Below, in pieces: positions 31,061 through 40,950 of a stretch of 64,000 nucleotides of DNA. Each line of letters starts with the position of its first letter. The first letter of the stretch is position 1. The stretch is from Candidatus Poribacteria bacterium (GTDB lineage Bacteria; Poribacteria; WGA-4E; PCPOR2b). The position numbers were made by a program, and so were the translations under genes. The notes beneath the pieces were generated by a model. That model had not been told where the DNA came from and did not search any database. It worked only from the letters and a program-made list of their open reading frames with translations. The DNA is taken from NCBI GenBank assembly GCA_965198175.1, contig OZ240245.1, positions 1,376,001 through 1,440,000 on the forward strand, in the 5' to 3' direction.

Positions 31061-31903
31061 ATGTTTCGTTTTTTCACACTCACACTTATAGTGGTCTTTG
31101 CCGTTTTGGTCATGCCGAGCCTCGCATCGGCAGCGCTGACCGACGGCTTGATTTCAGTCTGGAACTTTGACGATGAATCCGCAAACGACGCGCTTGGTCG
31201 TAACGATGGCATACTTAGGGGTGGCGCGGCGTTCTCGGACGGTCAGAGCGGCAAGGCGGTCGATCTCAACGGAGTCGATGCCTTTGTCGAAGTTCCCCAC
31301 AGCGATTCAATGAACGGTCTCGAAAATGTTTTCAGCGTCTCCGCTTGGGCGTTCTTCCGGGAGCCCGGCAATTTCGTTGGCATTGTCTGGAAAGGAAGGC
31401 AAGTTGGCTGGGCAGCCGGATTTACGTTTGAAATCGTAAGCCTCGCAAACAGGAACCCGGAGTTGATGGGTTGGGGCGCTTGTACTGCGGATACCGAAGG
31501 GTGGTATCATTCGCTGCACCCCCATCATCAAACTTGGTTTCACGTGGCGCAAATCGCGGACGGTGAAGAACTCCGATCCTATTTTAACGGTGAGCTCGTA
31601 GAAGTGCCTCACGCGGGCGAAACTTGGCTCGGGGAAGCCGGTGTCGGTAAAGTGCCGCAGACGCTCGCCGCACCCTACGCACTCTTCCCTGACCAGCCAA
31701 TCCGCATGGGAATGAGTCAAGGGCTAAATAACAACCTAGACACCAAGACTTTTATGGACGGACTCGTTGACGAGGTGATGCTGTGGGACCGTGCGCTCTC
31801 AGAAGATGAGGTCAATCAGGTCATGCGGGGCGAGGTTGTCGCAGTCGAACCGAAGAACAAACTCGCTGTCACCTGGGCAAAGCTCAAATCGCAGCGTCCT
31901 TAG
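31061..31903 (+). CDS. Secreted LamG-like jellyroll protein
   Basis: Signal peptide; WNFDD, WFHVA and GLVDEVMLWDRALSEDEV; tail AVEPKNKLAVTWAKLK. Confidence 0.88.
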   Translation: MFRFFTLTLIVVFAVLVMPSLASAALTDGLISVWNFDDESANDALGRNDGILRGGAAFSDGQSGKAVDLNGVDAFVEVPHSDSMNGLENVFSVSAWAFFREPGNFVGIVWKGRQVGWAAGFTFEIVSLANRNPELMGWGACTADTEGWYHSLHPHHQTWFHVAQIADGEELRSYFNGELVEVPHAGETWLGEAGVGKVPQTLAAPYALFPDQPIRMGMSQGLNNNLDTKTFMDGLVDEVMLWDRALSEDEVNQVMRGEVVAVEPKNKLAVTWAKLKSQRP

Positions 31904-31941
31904 TGTGTTGAACGTCTAATTTGATAAGGAGGTTATACACG

Positions 31942-32700
31942 ATGAGAACGATGTTTCATTTCACCGCGATTGTCATTTGTTCGCTTGTCATTCATCTGAG
32001 TGCCCCTGCTGACATTCAAGATGGACTTGTGGCGTTCTGGTCCTTTGATGAAGGCGAGGGCAAAATGGCTGGAGATTCCATCGGTGAACATCATGGAGAA
32101 ATCGAGGGTGCTACTTGGACAGATGATGCCATGGAGGGAACAGCGCTGGATTTTTCGCCGAAAAAAGCCTCATCTGTAATTATCGAACACATAGAGGACA
32201 TTGATGAATTGTCCGACGGGTTCACGATTGCACACTGGGCAAAACAGCGGGGTCGTGGTGCGATGATGGATAAATCCGAACACGATGGCGCGAGGATTCA
32301 ATGGTTCTTGCTCGATGACACACGCCTCCATTGGGGGATTGGCCCCACCTTTGGGTTTGCCCCTGGACTCGGTGAGGTGGGAAAATGGATGTACCTGACA
32401 TGGTCACATGAGCCGGGCGATAGTAAGGTGTATATTGACGGTGAAAAAGCCGGCGGCGGGCCTGAAGGTCCTGTTCCGGTAACCGGTCGACCCATGTATT
32501 TTGGAACTCGGATGCCTTGGCAGCAATTCGGTAAAGAACAGCGGTTCAATGGCATACTGGACGAAATCGCTTTTTGGACCCGTCCGTTATCCGCCAAGGA
32601 GATTGAGCAAATCACCGAGGAGGGAATGCAGAGAATTCTCGCTGTCTCCCCAAAAGCCAAATTGGCAACCACGTGGGCAACCCTGAAAACCAGACCTTGA
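31942..32700 (+). CDS. Secreted LamG-like jellyroll protein
   Basis: WSFDEGEG and FNGILDEIAFWTRPLSAKEI; tail AVSPKAKLATTWATLK. Confidence 0.88.
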   Translation: MRTMFHFTAIVICSLVIHLSAPADIQDGLVAFWSFDEGEGKMAGDSIGEHHGEIEGATWTDDAMEGTALDFSPKKASSVIIEHIEDIDELSDGFTIAHWAKQRGRGAMMDKSEHDGARIQWFLLDDTRLHWGIGPTFGFAPGLGEVGKWMYLTWSHEPGDSKVYIDGEKAGGGPEGPVPVTGRPMYFGTRMPWQQFGKEQRFNGILDEIAFWTRPLSAKEIEQITEEGMQRILAVSPKAKLATTWATLKTRP

Positions 32701-32852
32701 GCGCATATCTGAGGACTCCCAAGATGCAACATTACGGGTTCGGTCCTCATCTCTCCCCTTCGAGCCCTGAAGGGCATCTAAAACCTTTCGGGGCTCGCAC
32801 GCCACGCTACGAACCTACAACCTGAAATCAGTCGAAGTGCAAATTGGGTTTA

Positions 32853-33278
32853 ATGACGATGCTGAAAATGACGCGCCCTATCGTAGATATTGCGATCACT
32901 TGCAGCAACTTCTACGAGTCGCTTCGCTTCTACCATGATCTCTTGGGATTTGAAATTGTGATGGAGGTAGATACTTCCGACGAATTGGCAAAAGAGATTG
33001 GGCTTGCGCCCCGCGGGTTCCATCAAGTCCGCTTGAAAGCGGGTAACACGCTGATTAAACTGATGGATATTGAATCGCCACCGCCGCCTGCTAATCACGG
33101 TTTTGGCACCGGATTGGGGTGGTTCACTGTTCTCATTGAGGACATTGCGGAAACCGTGAAGGAATTGAAGCAGAAGGGAGTGGAGGTTGTGGCTGACCCT
33201 GTCGATGCGCCGGAGGCTGTCGTCGCTTGTGTGAAGGCGCCCGATGGAATCCTTATTGAGTTTGTGCAACTTAAATAG
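32853..33278 (+). CDS. VOC/glyoxalase family protein
   Basis: SLRFYHDLLGF and APDGILIEFVQ. Confidence 0.9.
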   Translation: MTMLKMTRPIVDIAITCSNFYESLRFYHDLLGFEIVMEVDTSDELAKEIGLAPRGFHQVRLKAGNTLIKLMDIESPPPPANHGFGTGLGWFTVLIEDIAETVKELKQKGVEVVADPVDAPEAVVACVKAPDGILIEFVQLK

Positions 33279-33285
33279 TGTAGCC

Positions 33286-34401
33286 TTAACGTAAATCAAT
33301 TTCTCTCCGCTCATCTGCGGAGCGATACATCGCCTCTATGATACGAACCACGGTCAAACCAATCGCGCCGGTATCAATCATTTTAACCCGACCTAACACA
33401 CCCCAAACAAAATGCTGCTGCGGGTCGTCGTAGCCCTCTCCCATATACCCGAGTAATCGCATCCGTCTTTCGTAAGCTTCGATATTGAAGCGCACATCAG
33501 CCTCAATACCATACACATCTGTATAGAGCGCGAACGGCTTCTGCGCGGTTTCGTCCGACTTGGTATCCACGTAGAACGCCAACGGTTCTAGCCTGAGTCC
33601 CCCCTTCGATCCCATGATGCAATCTCCATCCCCGCCATCTAGATTGACTGCCCATGCCGTCTCTACAAACATCGTGATGTCGCCCTTGAAGCGGACCAAG
33701 CCGGTGCCAAGTTCCTCGACATTGTAGCCGCTCTCGCGACGGCGTTTTTCGTCCATATCCAGCGCCTGAAACGTCGACGCGGTCACAGTCTCAATCTCAG
33801 GATTATTTAGCAGGTAAACCATTCTCGCTATCTGATAGACCCCCACGTCTATCAAAGCGCCACCGCCGGATTTCTCCTTCTGCACAAAATGGGGGGTGGC
33901 GTAGCCATCCACATAAACACGCGCGCGGCGGAGATAACGACTCGTCTTAGCATAGTACGTTCGACCCAGCGCGCCTTCCTCGATTAAATATTTTGCCGTT
34001 CGTGTCTCTTTGCTAAAGAGGGTTCTCATTTGCACTGCCAGTTTTTTCCCTGTCCGATGGGCGGTGTCATACATCGTTTGCGCTTCCGCAGAAGTAAGCG
34101 CCATCGGCTTCTCACAGTAGACATGCTTGCCGGCTTCCAGGGCTGCAATCGTCACCGGCGCATGCAAGAAGTTGGGGAGACAGACATCGGCGCTGTCAAT
34201 CTCGTCGATGTTGAGCAGGTCACGATAATCCGAGAATACGTATGTGATGTCGTTTTCTTTGCCGATATGCTGTGCGTCAGCCACATTGATATCCGCTACA
34301 GCGACAATCTCGACATCGTCATGCATTGATTGATAGCGATGAATATGGCGTCTGCCGACGAGTCCTGTTCCAATAATACCGACCCTGAGCTTGTCTGACA
34401 T
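33286..34401 (-). CDS. Gfo/Idh/MocA family oxidoreductase
   Basis: VGIIGTG, GKHVYCEKPM and GGGALIDVGVY. Confidence 0.93.
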   Translation of the reverse strand: MSDKLRVGIIGTGLVGRRHIHRYQSMHDDVEIVAVADINVADAQHIGKENDITYVFSDYRDLLNIDEIDSADVCLPNFLHAPVTIAALEAGKHVYCEKPMALTSAEAQTMYDTAHRTGKKLAVQMRTLFSKETRTAKYLIEEGALGRTYYAKTSRYLRRARVYVDGYATPHFVQKEKSGGGALIDVGVYQIARMVYLLNNPEIETVTASTFQALDMDEKRRRESGYNVEELGTGLVRFKGDITMFVETAWAVNLDGGDGDCIMGSKGGLRLEPLAFYVDTKSDETAQKPFALYTDVYGIEADVRFNIEAYERRMRLLGYMGEGYDDPQQHFVWGVLGRVKMIDTGAIGLTVVRIIEAMYRSADERREIDLR

Positions 34402-34421
34402 GGTTTCTCCCCAAGACCCGT

Positions 34422-36149
34422 CTACCAGCGAACAACTTGATTCGGAATGAAATAGGTCCGAGCGATTTCCGATACACCGTTTTGTACCGGCTTGTCTTGC
34501 CACATTGCCCCGACCTTTCCGGGCGGGTCGAAGTCCACAACCTCGTTGCCTCGTAATGTCACAGTCGCGTCCATGTGTCCCACCTGCATCGGCACCGTTC
34601 GCTCTGGCAAATCGAAGGTCAACTGAAGTTCATCCCCAACCGACCGCTCTGAAATCGTCACATACGGCCCGTCATGATTGAAAGCCACCGTTTCGCCGGA
34701 CAATCGGGACGTGATTGTCAACGTTCTGGGGTCGAGCCACGACGGTCGCCGAATGCGTAGGCTTACTTGCTTCTTGATGTAGATGCGGACTCTGCCCGCG
34801 TATGGAAGGTCACTCGCTACATCCGCAGATTCCGACGCTCGGTTCAACAACAACTCGACCGTTACGCGGCTCGGTTCTTCGTGAAGCATACGACACCAGA
34901 CGAAGTAGAGGGCACGCGACGAATTTGCAACGCAGCACTGCGTGATTCCCGGGTTCCAGACGCGGAACTCGTTGGGACCTGCCCAAGCCGCGAAGTTGCC
35001 GATGAGCCGTTCGGGAACCTGTCGCACCTCATCCACCTCCGGGTCAATCGGTGTCGTTGGAACGGATTCAAGCGCTTCCTCGATCCACCGGGAACTCGTC
35101 AACTGGCACTCGGTAAGCATATTCCGCACGTAACAATCTACATGCTCCCAATAGTCGCCGATTCCCGCCTCAGTCAGCTTAAGCGCAGTCCCCGTCATGG
35201 CTGCCGTGTCGCACGCCTCGCAGTTGATGACGCCGCCGCGGTCCTGTGGCCACTCAAGATACTCCGGGAAGAAACCAATCTCCGGGGTGCCGTGTGTCCT
35301 GGCATATTCGTATCCCTTTCGAGCGAACTCCGCGAACGTTTGCTCACCCGAAACGAGGGCGTATTCGGAGAGTACGAGAAGCCCATTCGCGTGGCAGTAG
35401 AAATGGATGGCAGATTTTGGCCCCAGATACCCCTCGTGGCGTGCTAGAAATCGACCAGCGTCGTCGAAATACTCCGCATGGTGCCGTATGAACCGAGCAA
35501 GCCGTCCGGCAAGGTGCGCTGCGGAGCCATCGCCCGTCTCACGGACGAAGGCGCACAGCCCCTGAAGCAGGTAGACGCTGTGTCGCGCGGGCCAGCCCTT
35601 CGCTTGTTCAACGCCCGTGTAGTCCGGGCGTCTGCCCGACTGTGTCGCCGGACGATAGTTCAAGTCGTATTTCGCCGGTATATAAGCGTAATCATCTATC
35701 CGAGGACAAATCGCGTCAAGGCGTTCGACGACGCGCTGTCCGGTCTCCAACCATGCAGGATCACGCGTGAGTCGGTAATGGAGGGCAATGGCGCATAGAC
35801 TGCGCCCCATGTACACCGGGTGCAGATGCTCAATACCGTCCCGACGCGCGTGAAGCCATTTAATCCACGCCGCATCGACATCCATGTTTGCTAGATTGCC
35901 TGTCATCAGTCGGTTAAGCACGAGCGGCTCGGCGAGCTTTCCCTGTGCTGACTCCCATGTGTGGCTGATTCGCGGCGGGTTCACAATGATATTGCCACGA
36001 AAGTACGTGTCGTAATTCCGTTGTGGATTGACGCTGCGCGTGATGGCGTTAAGCGCGAGTTCGGCTCGGTGCGCCAAATCGAGTGTATCAGGAACAACGC
36101 GAAGCTGGTAAACCCCTTCAGGGATGGGTGCGGTTAATGTTGCACGCAT
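34422..36149 (-). CDS. GH127-like (beta-L-arabinofuranosidase-type) glycoside hydrolase
   Basis: Zn-ligand-like motifs NCEACD and QCCVAN; C-terminal 'PYAGRV.I...LRIRRPSW'. Confidence 0.65.
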   Translation of the reverse strand: MRATLTAPIPEGVYQLRVVPDTLDLAHRAELALNAITRSVNPQRNYDTYFRGNIIVNPPRISHTWESAQGKLAEPLVLNRLMTGNLANMDVDAAWIKWLHARRDGIEHLHPVYMGRSLCAIALHYRLTRDPAWLETGQRVVERLDAICPRIDDYAYIPAKYDLNYRPATQSGRRPDYTGVEQAKGWPARHSVYLLQGLCAFVRETGDGSAAHLAGRLARFIRHHAEYFDDAGRFLARHEGYLGPKSAIHFYCHANGLLVLSEYALVSGEQTFAEFARKGYEYARTHGTPEIGFFPEYLEWPQDRGGVINCEACDTAAMTGTALKLTEAGIGDYWEHVDCYVRNMLTECQLTSSRWIEEALESVPTTPIDPEVDEVRQVPERLIGNFAAWAGPNEFRVWNPGITQCCVANSSRALYFVWCRMLHEEPSRVTVELLLNRASESADVASDLPYAGRVRIYIKKQVSLRIRRPSWLDPRTLTITSRLSGETVAFNHDGPYVTISERSVGDELQLTFDLPERTVPMQVGHMDATVTLRGNEVVDFDPPGKVGAMWQDKPVQNGVSEIARTYFIPNQVVRW

Positions 36150-36493
36150 ATCGGTGACCTCCGTTCAAGAATTTGACTCGGCGAGCCTCTGATAAAAGAT
36201 GAGCGTATGCATGATGTATGTCAACAGTGTGAGATGCTTTTTATCTTGCATGTGTGCGTTGCCTTTCCTCCGTTTAGGAGGGATTGTAAAGAGGAAGACG
36301 TACGCCATATCTTAAAAAGACCAATTCTCAACTATTTTAGCACAGATTCTCCTTGAAAAAAATAATTGATTACTAAACAGTCTTTTAGCCGAAACGTCCA
36401 ATGATATTGACGTCGATTGCTAGACCATGCTTTCTAAGACGAATTTAAGCGATTTTGCCGGGTAACAATCTTACCGGAAAGGAGAAAGAAACA

Positions 36494-37087
36494 ATGAAAA
36501 AGCGAATCCGGTCTCACAAGAATTGGGTCCTTGAATCTGTTTTGTTCTTATTAGTATTCTCACTCATCGGCTGCGAAGCCCTAGAGCAGGCACAGCAGCG
36601 AAGGAATGAGAGAATTAAGCAGAAGTTCGCTCAAGAAACTTCGACATCAAGTTCTCGTAGCGGAAAAGCTTCGCTCACCAATCAACCGGCGCCATCATTC
36701 ACACTACAGGATTTAAGCGGCAGTCAGGTAAGTCTAGCAGATTTCAAGGGCAAGCCTGTCGTTCTGAATTTCTGGACGACTTGGTGAGGTTCATGTCGTG
36801 CGGAGGTTCCGCACCTGAACAAGCTTTACCAGAAATACAAGGATCAAGGGCTAGTAGTCATTGGTGTGAGCAATGAGACGGACTCCAAGTTGAAGAGTTT
36901 TGTGCAGCAGACACCAATCGCGTATACCGTCCTTTCTAACGGGCGCGCAGAATTTCAGGCATACGGCGTCCAAGGTATCCCTTGCACCTATTATATTGAC
37001 AAAGATGGCATTGTGCGCTATCGCGAGAATGGCTTTGGTCCCGGTGGCGAAGTGACAATGGAGCAGAAGATAAAGGAACTGCTATAA
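36494..37087 (+). CDS. Selenocysteine-containing TlpA/redoxin lipoprotein (UxxC)
   Basis: ORFs 36455-36787 and 36866-37087 are in frame: [24 protein letters not shown]...YGVQGIP. TGA (36785-36787) occupies the first Cys of CxxC. Lipobox LIGC. Confidence 0.9.
36789..36820 (+). promoter_or_regulatory. Bacterial SECIS element
   Basis: GTTCA/TGAAC lower stem; GTGCGGA/TCCGCAC upper stem with GGT at the apex; directly 3' of the in-frame TGA. Confidence 0.85.
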
Positions 37088-37156
37088 CGATGCGCTTAGT
37101 GGAAGCCATTCAAGCGCAGACGCGGGGATCTGCGTAAAAGATTAAAAGGTGCCGCC

Positions 37157-37910
37157 CTAAAACAGCGGATTTACCTCATTGTCTAAACTTGAGGGCTTCG
37201 GCGCTTCAGCAATCGAATCAACCGATTCATACCCGGTCACTTCGATTTCGACGATTCGGGCGGTACTCTTTTCCGTCACCATACCAAAAGTCCTTCCCAC
37301 AACTTTTCGGTCATTGCTGCGATACACAACAAAACGAACTTTGGCGATGGTCATTGGAGAAAACCTGAACTCAATTTTTCCGCCAGCCGCTTTCCCGAAA
37401 GAGGCCTGTGTTGTATACTCTATCTTCCCGTTCTTAATTCGACCTTAAGGTTTCCCACCGCTTTTCGCGCCAAACCCGGAGAACTCCCGAATAAATGCCA
37501 TACCTCGAAGCGGGATACTCGGACGAATCTAGGGTGTGTATCACAATTCGATTGACCCGTTCTGGTTCGGGGAAATGCACTTCAATCCAAGCCCCACCGA
37601 GAGTTTCCCGGCGAACCGGACCGTCGAAACGCATCCAGTTCCGTCTAAGGTTTTGCCGTTCAAATTGAACTTCCCAACCTTCCCCATTATGCCAATCTTC
37701 CGATGATGTGATACTATTGATAGCCTTTGCAGCCTCATGTCCTGGCGTGGACATTGATGCAAAGACTGTAGCGCCATTTTCAGCGGTGGCGTAGTCAAGT
37801 AGTTTCTTGCTGCCCGCACCCGCTTGCATCATTTGCGGGAGGCAGCCAATCCATCCAACAGATACCAACAGAACAAACCCAGTCGTTACCAAAGCACTCA
37901 GACCTTTCAT
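37157..37910 (-). pseudogene. Frameshifted discoidin-like lipoprotein
   Basis: Removing one base near 37446 joins ...RWETL to GRIKNGKIEY...FSPMTIAKVRF...ARIVEIEVTG. Lipobox WIGC. Confidence 0.7.
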
Positions 37911-38327
37911 GTCAAGTCCTCCTAATCTTGGTTCATTCATATAGGATGGTTCAACACACCATAGTTGAAATGATAATATACGTTCTGAGGGATGTCAAGC
38001 AAACGTCTGCGGTGTTAAACTGTTTGTCTTGCAACACGAGATTTAGGAAGCGTAACGCCTTTTTAGAAATCGGGGAACTGAGGGGAAGAAACGGTTAGAG
38101 TTCGTCGGATTGCGGTTACGTAAGATTGAGCGGGTTTAGGATGAAAAGAAGGGTTGGACTTACGGAGCGATAGCGGTCAGAAATTTAACGATAACCCCGA
38201 CAGATTTGAGGCGAGAACACAACTTAAAGAAGCGCAGTGGACGCTCTATCACTACCGCAGTGACGGTAATGAACGGTTAAGTGAAGAAAGTGTGTCGTTA
38301 ATTTACGAATTTTCCACTTTAACAGGT

Positions 38328-38960
38328 TTACCCTTTACTCGGTTCGTAGTAGGGATTTGTACCTGCAGCGTGATCTGTGGTATCAATGATTTGAGTAATC
38401 TCCGGAAATACGTCCTTAATCATCGATTCAATGCCGTGCTTCAAAGTGACATTCGCCATACCGCAGCCCTGACATCCGCCACCCATGTGTATGTAGATTG
38501 CATCATCTTTAACGTCCAGAAGGTCTATTTGTCCACCGTGCGCCGCCACAGCGGGATTAATCTGTTCGTCAATCAGTTCCTGAATCTTTTGAGCTTTGGG
38601 GTTATCCCAAGTTGGTATGTTGGGGTTCTCAATATTAAACCCGCTCGAATTCAGGTTTTCCACATAATCGATGGTCGCGCCATTCAGATTTTCAGCACTT
38701 TCAGGATCAATCAAGACCTTGCAGTCGCCGCAATCAGTTACGATATCGTCCGTAGCCGCCTCTTCCTCAAGCCCAAGCCCGTACTGGAATGCAGATGCTG
38801 TACGTCCTTCAATACGGATTCGCAGCCCTTCAACTTCTACGTCTTGGCTATCAATAATCGATTTTACCTTTTGCTTAGCGGCTTCGGTAACCGTAATAGA
38901 AAATTTCCCGTCTCCTGCGTCGGGTTGTCGGGTTCTTAACTTGTTCAGCAGATTTTTCAT
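38328..38960 (-). CDS. nfuA: Fe-S biogenesis protein NfuA (degenerate A-type + NifU-C domains)
   Basis: ITVTEAA...IDYVE..GFNIENPN; INPAVAAHGG and GGGCQGCG. Confidence 0.9.
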   Translation of the reverse strand: MKNLLNKLRTRQPDAGDGKFSITVTEAAKQKVKSIIDSQDVEVEGLRIRIEGRTASAFQYGLGLEEEAATDDIVTDCGDCKVLIDPESAENLNGATIDYVENLNSSGFNIENPNIPTWDNPKAQKIQELIDEQINPAVAAHGGQIDLLDVKDDAIYIHMGGGCQGCGMANVTLKHGIESMIKDVFPEITQIIDTTDHAAGTNPYYEPSKG

Positions 38961-39085
38961 TACCTTTGCAGCATTCCGTAAAGAATGCCGTCTCCTTTCG
39001 TCGTAAGGGTGGTCAAATTGATAACTTGTCGTGAAGAGTAAGCGAATTCCTTCCGATAAACTCGTTCCTTGTGACGGCTGAATCG

Positions 39086-40090
39086 CTACGCCGCAGATCT
39101 ATTAGCAGCTTTTGGCAGCAAACGAAGTTCGCCATTTTCATCATGCAAACGCTGAAGTCGGACGATTGCCTCCGTTTCCAATTGGCGGATACGCTCTCTT
39201 GTAACGTTGAGTTTCTCTCCGATTTCACGTAAGGTCCTTTCCACACCATCTTCAAGACCAAACCGCATCCGGATGACTTCTCGCTCTCTTTCCTTTAATT
39301 TGCCTAGCAGCGAATCAACCAGATCTTGTTCAATCAGCTCTAAAATCGATCCAACTTCAGGGTTCGCCGCCGAATCTTCGATCAAATCTCCTAAGCTATT
39401 TGCGTCTCTTTCATCGGTCAGGGGCAACTCTAACGAAAGAATCTCGGAGTTGAATGCGAGAATTTCTTCGACCTGTTTGTCCGTTAATTCGAGTGTTTCG
39501 GACAATTCCTCTACCGTTGGCTCTCGTTGCAAATCCTGCCTCAGGTTCGCATAAGTCGAGTCAATTTTATTTACTTTTGCAACGATATACGCAGGCAACC
39601 GGATTGAACGTGAACAGTTATCTAACGTTCTCAAAATTGCCTGTCTAATCCACCAAATAGCGTATGTGCTAAACTTAAAACCTCTGCGGTAGTCGAATTT
39701 ATTCACCGCTCTCATTAATCCAATGTTGCCCTCTTGGATGAGATCTTCCAGCGGGACATTGTGACCTTGGTATTTCGCTGCTACGGAAACCACTAAACGT
39801 AGGTTTGACTGAATCAATTCACTACGAGCGGACTCATCCGCTTGTTCAATCCGTTTGGCAAGCGCTATTTCCTCTTCCCGGGATAAGAGTTCATGATGTG
39901 ACACTTGACGCAGCCAGTTACTTAGGGCATCAATCTGAGTGCACGTCGATTCCTCGTCTGCTAGCGCGGTTATCCATTCTTCTTCTTCTTCACCCTCAGT
40001 ATACCCTTTGGTCCCTTCATTGATATATCCCTCAACAAATGTGTTACCGCGGGGCTCAATTTCTGTCATGTCCTCTATTTCCTTAATCAA
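39086..40090 (-). CDS. Sigma-70 family sigma factor (RpoD/RpoS-like, group 2); start may be 40069
   Basis: [40 protein letters not shown] and TLREIG...TRERIRQLE. Confidence 0.93.
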   Translation of the reverse strand: MIKEIEDMTEIEPRGNTFVEGYINEGTKGYTEGEEEEEWITALADEESTCTQIDALSNWLRQVSHHELLSREEEIALAKRIEQADESARSELIQSNLRLVVSVAAKYQGHNVPLEDLIQEGNIGLMRAVNKFDYRRGFKFSTYAIWWIRQAILRTLDNCSRSIRLPAYIVAKVNKIDSTYANLRQDLQREPTVEELSETLELTDKQVEEILAFNSEILSLELPLTDERDANSLGDLIEDSAANPEVGSILELIEQDLVDSLLGKLKEREREVIRMRFGLEDGVERTLREIGEKLNVTRERIRQLETEAIVRLQRLHDENGELRLLPKAANRSAA

Positions 40091-40146
40091 TTACACTGAT
40101 CTGTATTTGCATTTCACATTGTCTACATTCTGAAAAAACTACAAGG

Positions 40147-40175
40147 ATAATATCATCTTATCTAAGTTTTGTCAA
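40147..40175 (-). promoter_or_regulatory. Sigma70 promoter for the sigma-nfuA genes
   Basis: Minus strand reads TTGACA-17 nt-TATTAT. Confidence 0.65.
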
Positions 40176-40202
40176 GTAAATAACTTAAAAAATAATTTTA
40201 AC

Positions 40203-40231
40203 TTGAAAATAGTGAATTTTACTGTTATAAT
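40203..40231 (+). promoter_or_regulatory. Sigma70 promoter for the SufR-like gene
   Basis: TTGAAA-17 nt-TATAAT. Confidence 0.65.
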
Positions 40232-40259
40232 GAATTATAGCATCCGGGGAGGTGAAATA

Positions 40260-40892
40260 GTGAAGTCACTACCGAGAGAAACGCGGGGTGAGATAGTTTC
40301 TATTCTGAAAAAAAACAATGGCATGACTGCGGGTAAAATCGCTACGGAATTAGACCTCCATTCAATGACGGTTCGTCAGCATCTAGCCGTTTTGGAACGC
40401 GAGGGCTATATCGAACACAACCGAGAAAAAATCGGGCGAGGTAGACCGGCGTATGTATACCGGCTAGCGGAAGAAGCTGAAAGGCTATTTCCGAGCAACT
40501 ATCCCCGATTTACGATGGGTATCTTAGATGCGTTAGTAATGATGGATGGTGCGGAGAAAGTCGACCAACTTCTCGCATACGACATGGAAGCAAAAATCTC
40601 AACGCACTTCGAAAATATTGAGAATAAGAGTCTGGCGCGAAGGGTAGAAATGCTCGTTGACTTCTTGAATGAAGAGGGCTACATGGTTGAGGTTGAAGAA
40701 ACACCAACCGCTTTCATCATGAAAGAGCATAATTGCGCACTCGGTCCCGTGGCGGAAAAATATAACCAACTCTGTCAGCAAGAGCTCTCTCTGTTCGAAC
40801 GGCTACTCAATGTCCCGGTTGAACGACAATGCCACATGGTTACGGGCGATCACCTCTGCAGCTATAAGATTTCCAAAGTGGACAACGCATAG
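40260..40892 (+). CDS. SufR-like HTH metalloregulator
   Basis: HTH 'TVRQHLAVLE...GRGRP..VYRL'; C-terminal EHNC..LC..E..C....GDHLC. Confidence 0.8.
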   Translation: MKSLPRETRGEIVSILKKNNGMTAGKIATELDLHSMTVRQHLAVLEREGYIEHNREKIGRGRPAYVYRLAEEAERLFPSNYPRFTMGILDALVMMDGAEKVDQLLAYDMEAKISTHFENIENKSLARRVEMLVDFLNEEGYMVEVEETPTAFIMKEHNCALGPVAEKYNQLCQQELSLFERLLNVPVERQCHMVTGDHLCSYKISKVDNA

Positions 40893-40950
40893 AGTACGGG
40901 AAAACAACACGCAGTACATTGTCCACTTCCCGACCTTCCCAGTGCCATTC

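Noticed and set aside
38154..38939. 261-aa plus-strand ORF; likewise 55905-56744, 17473-18201, 52393-53094 and 34767-35447
   Set aside because: Antisense shadows of well-supported genes, with no motifs of their own.
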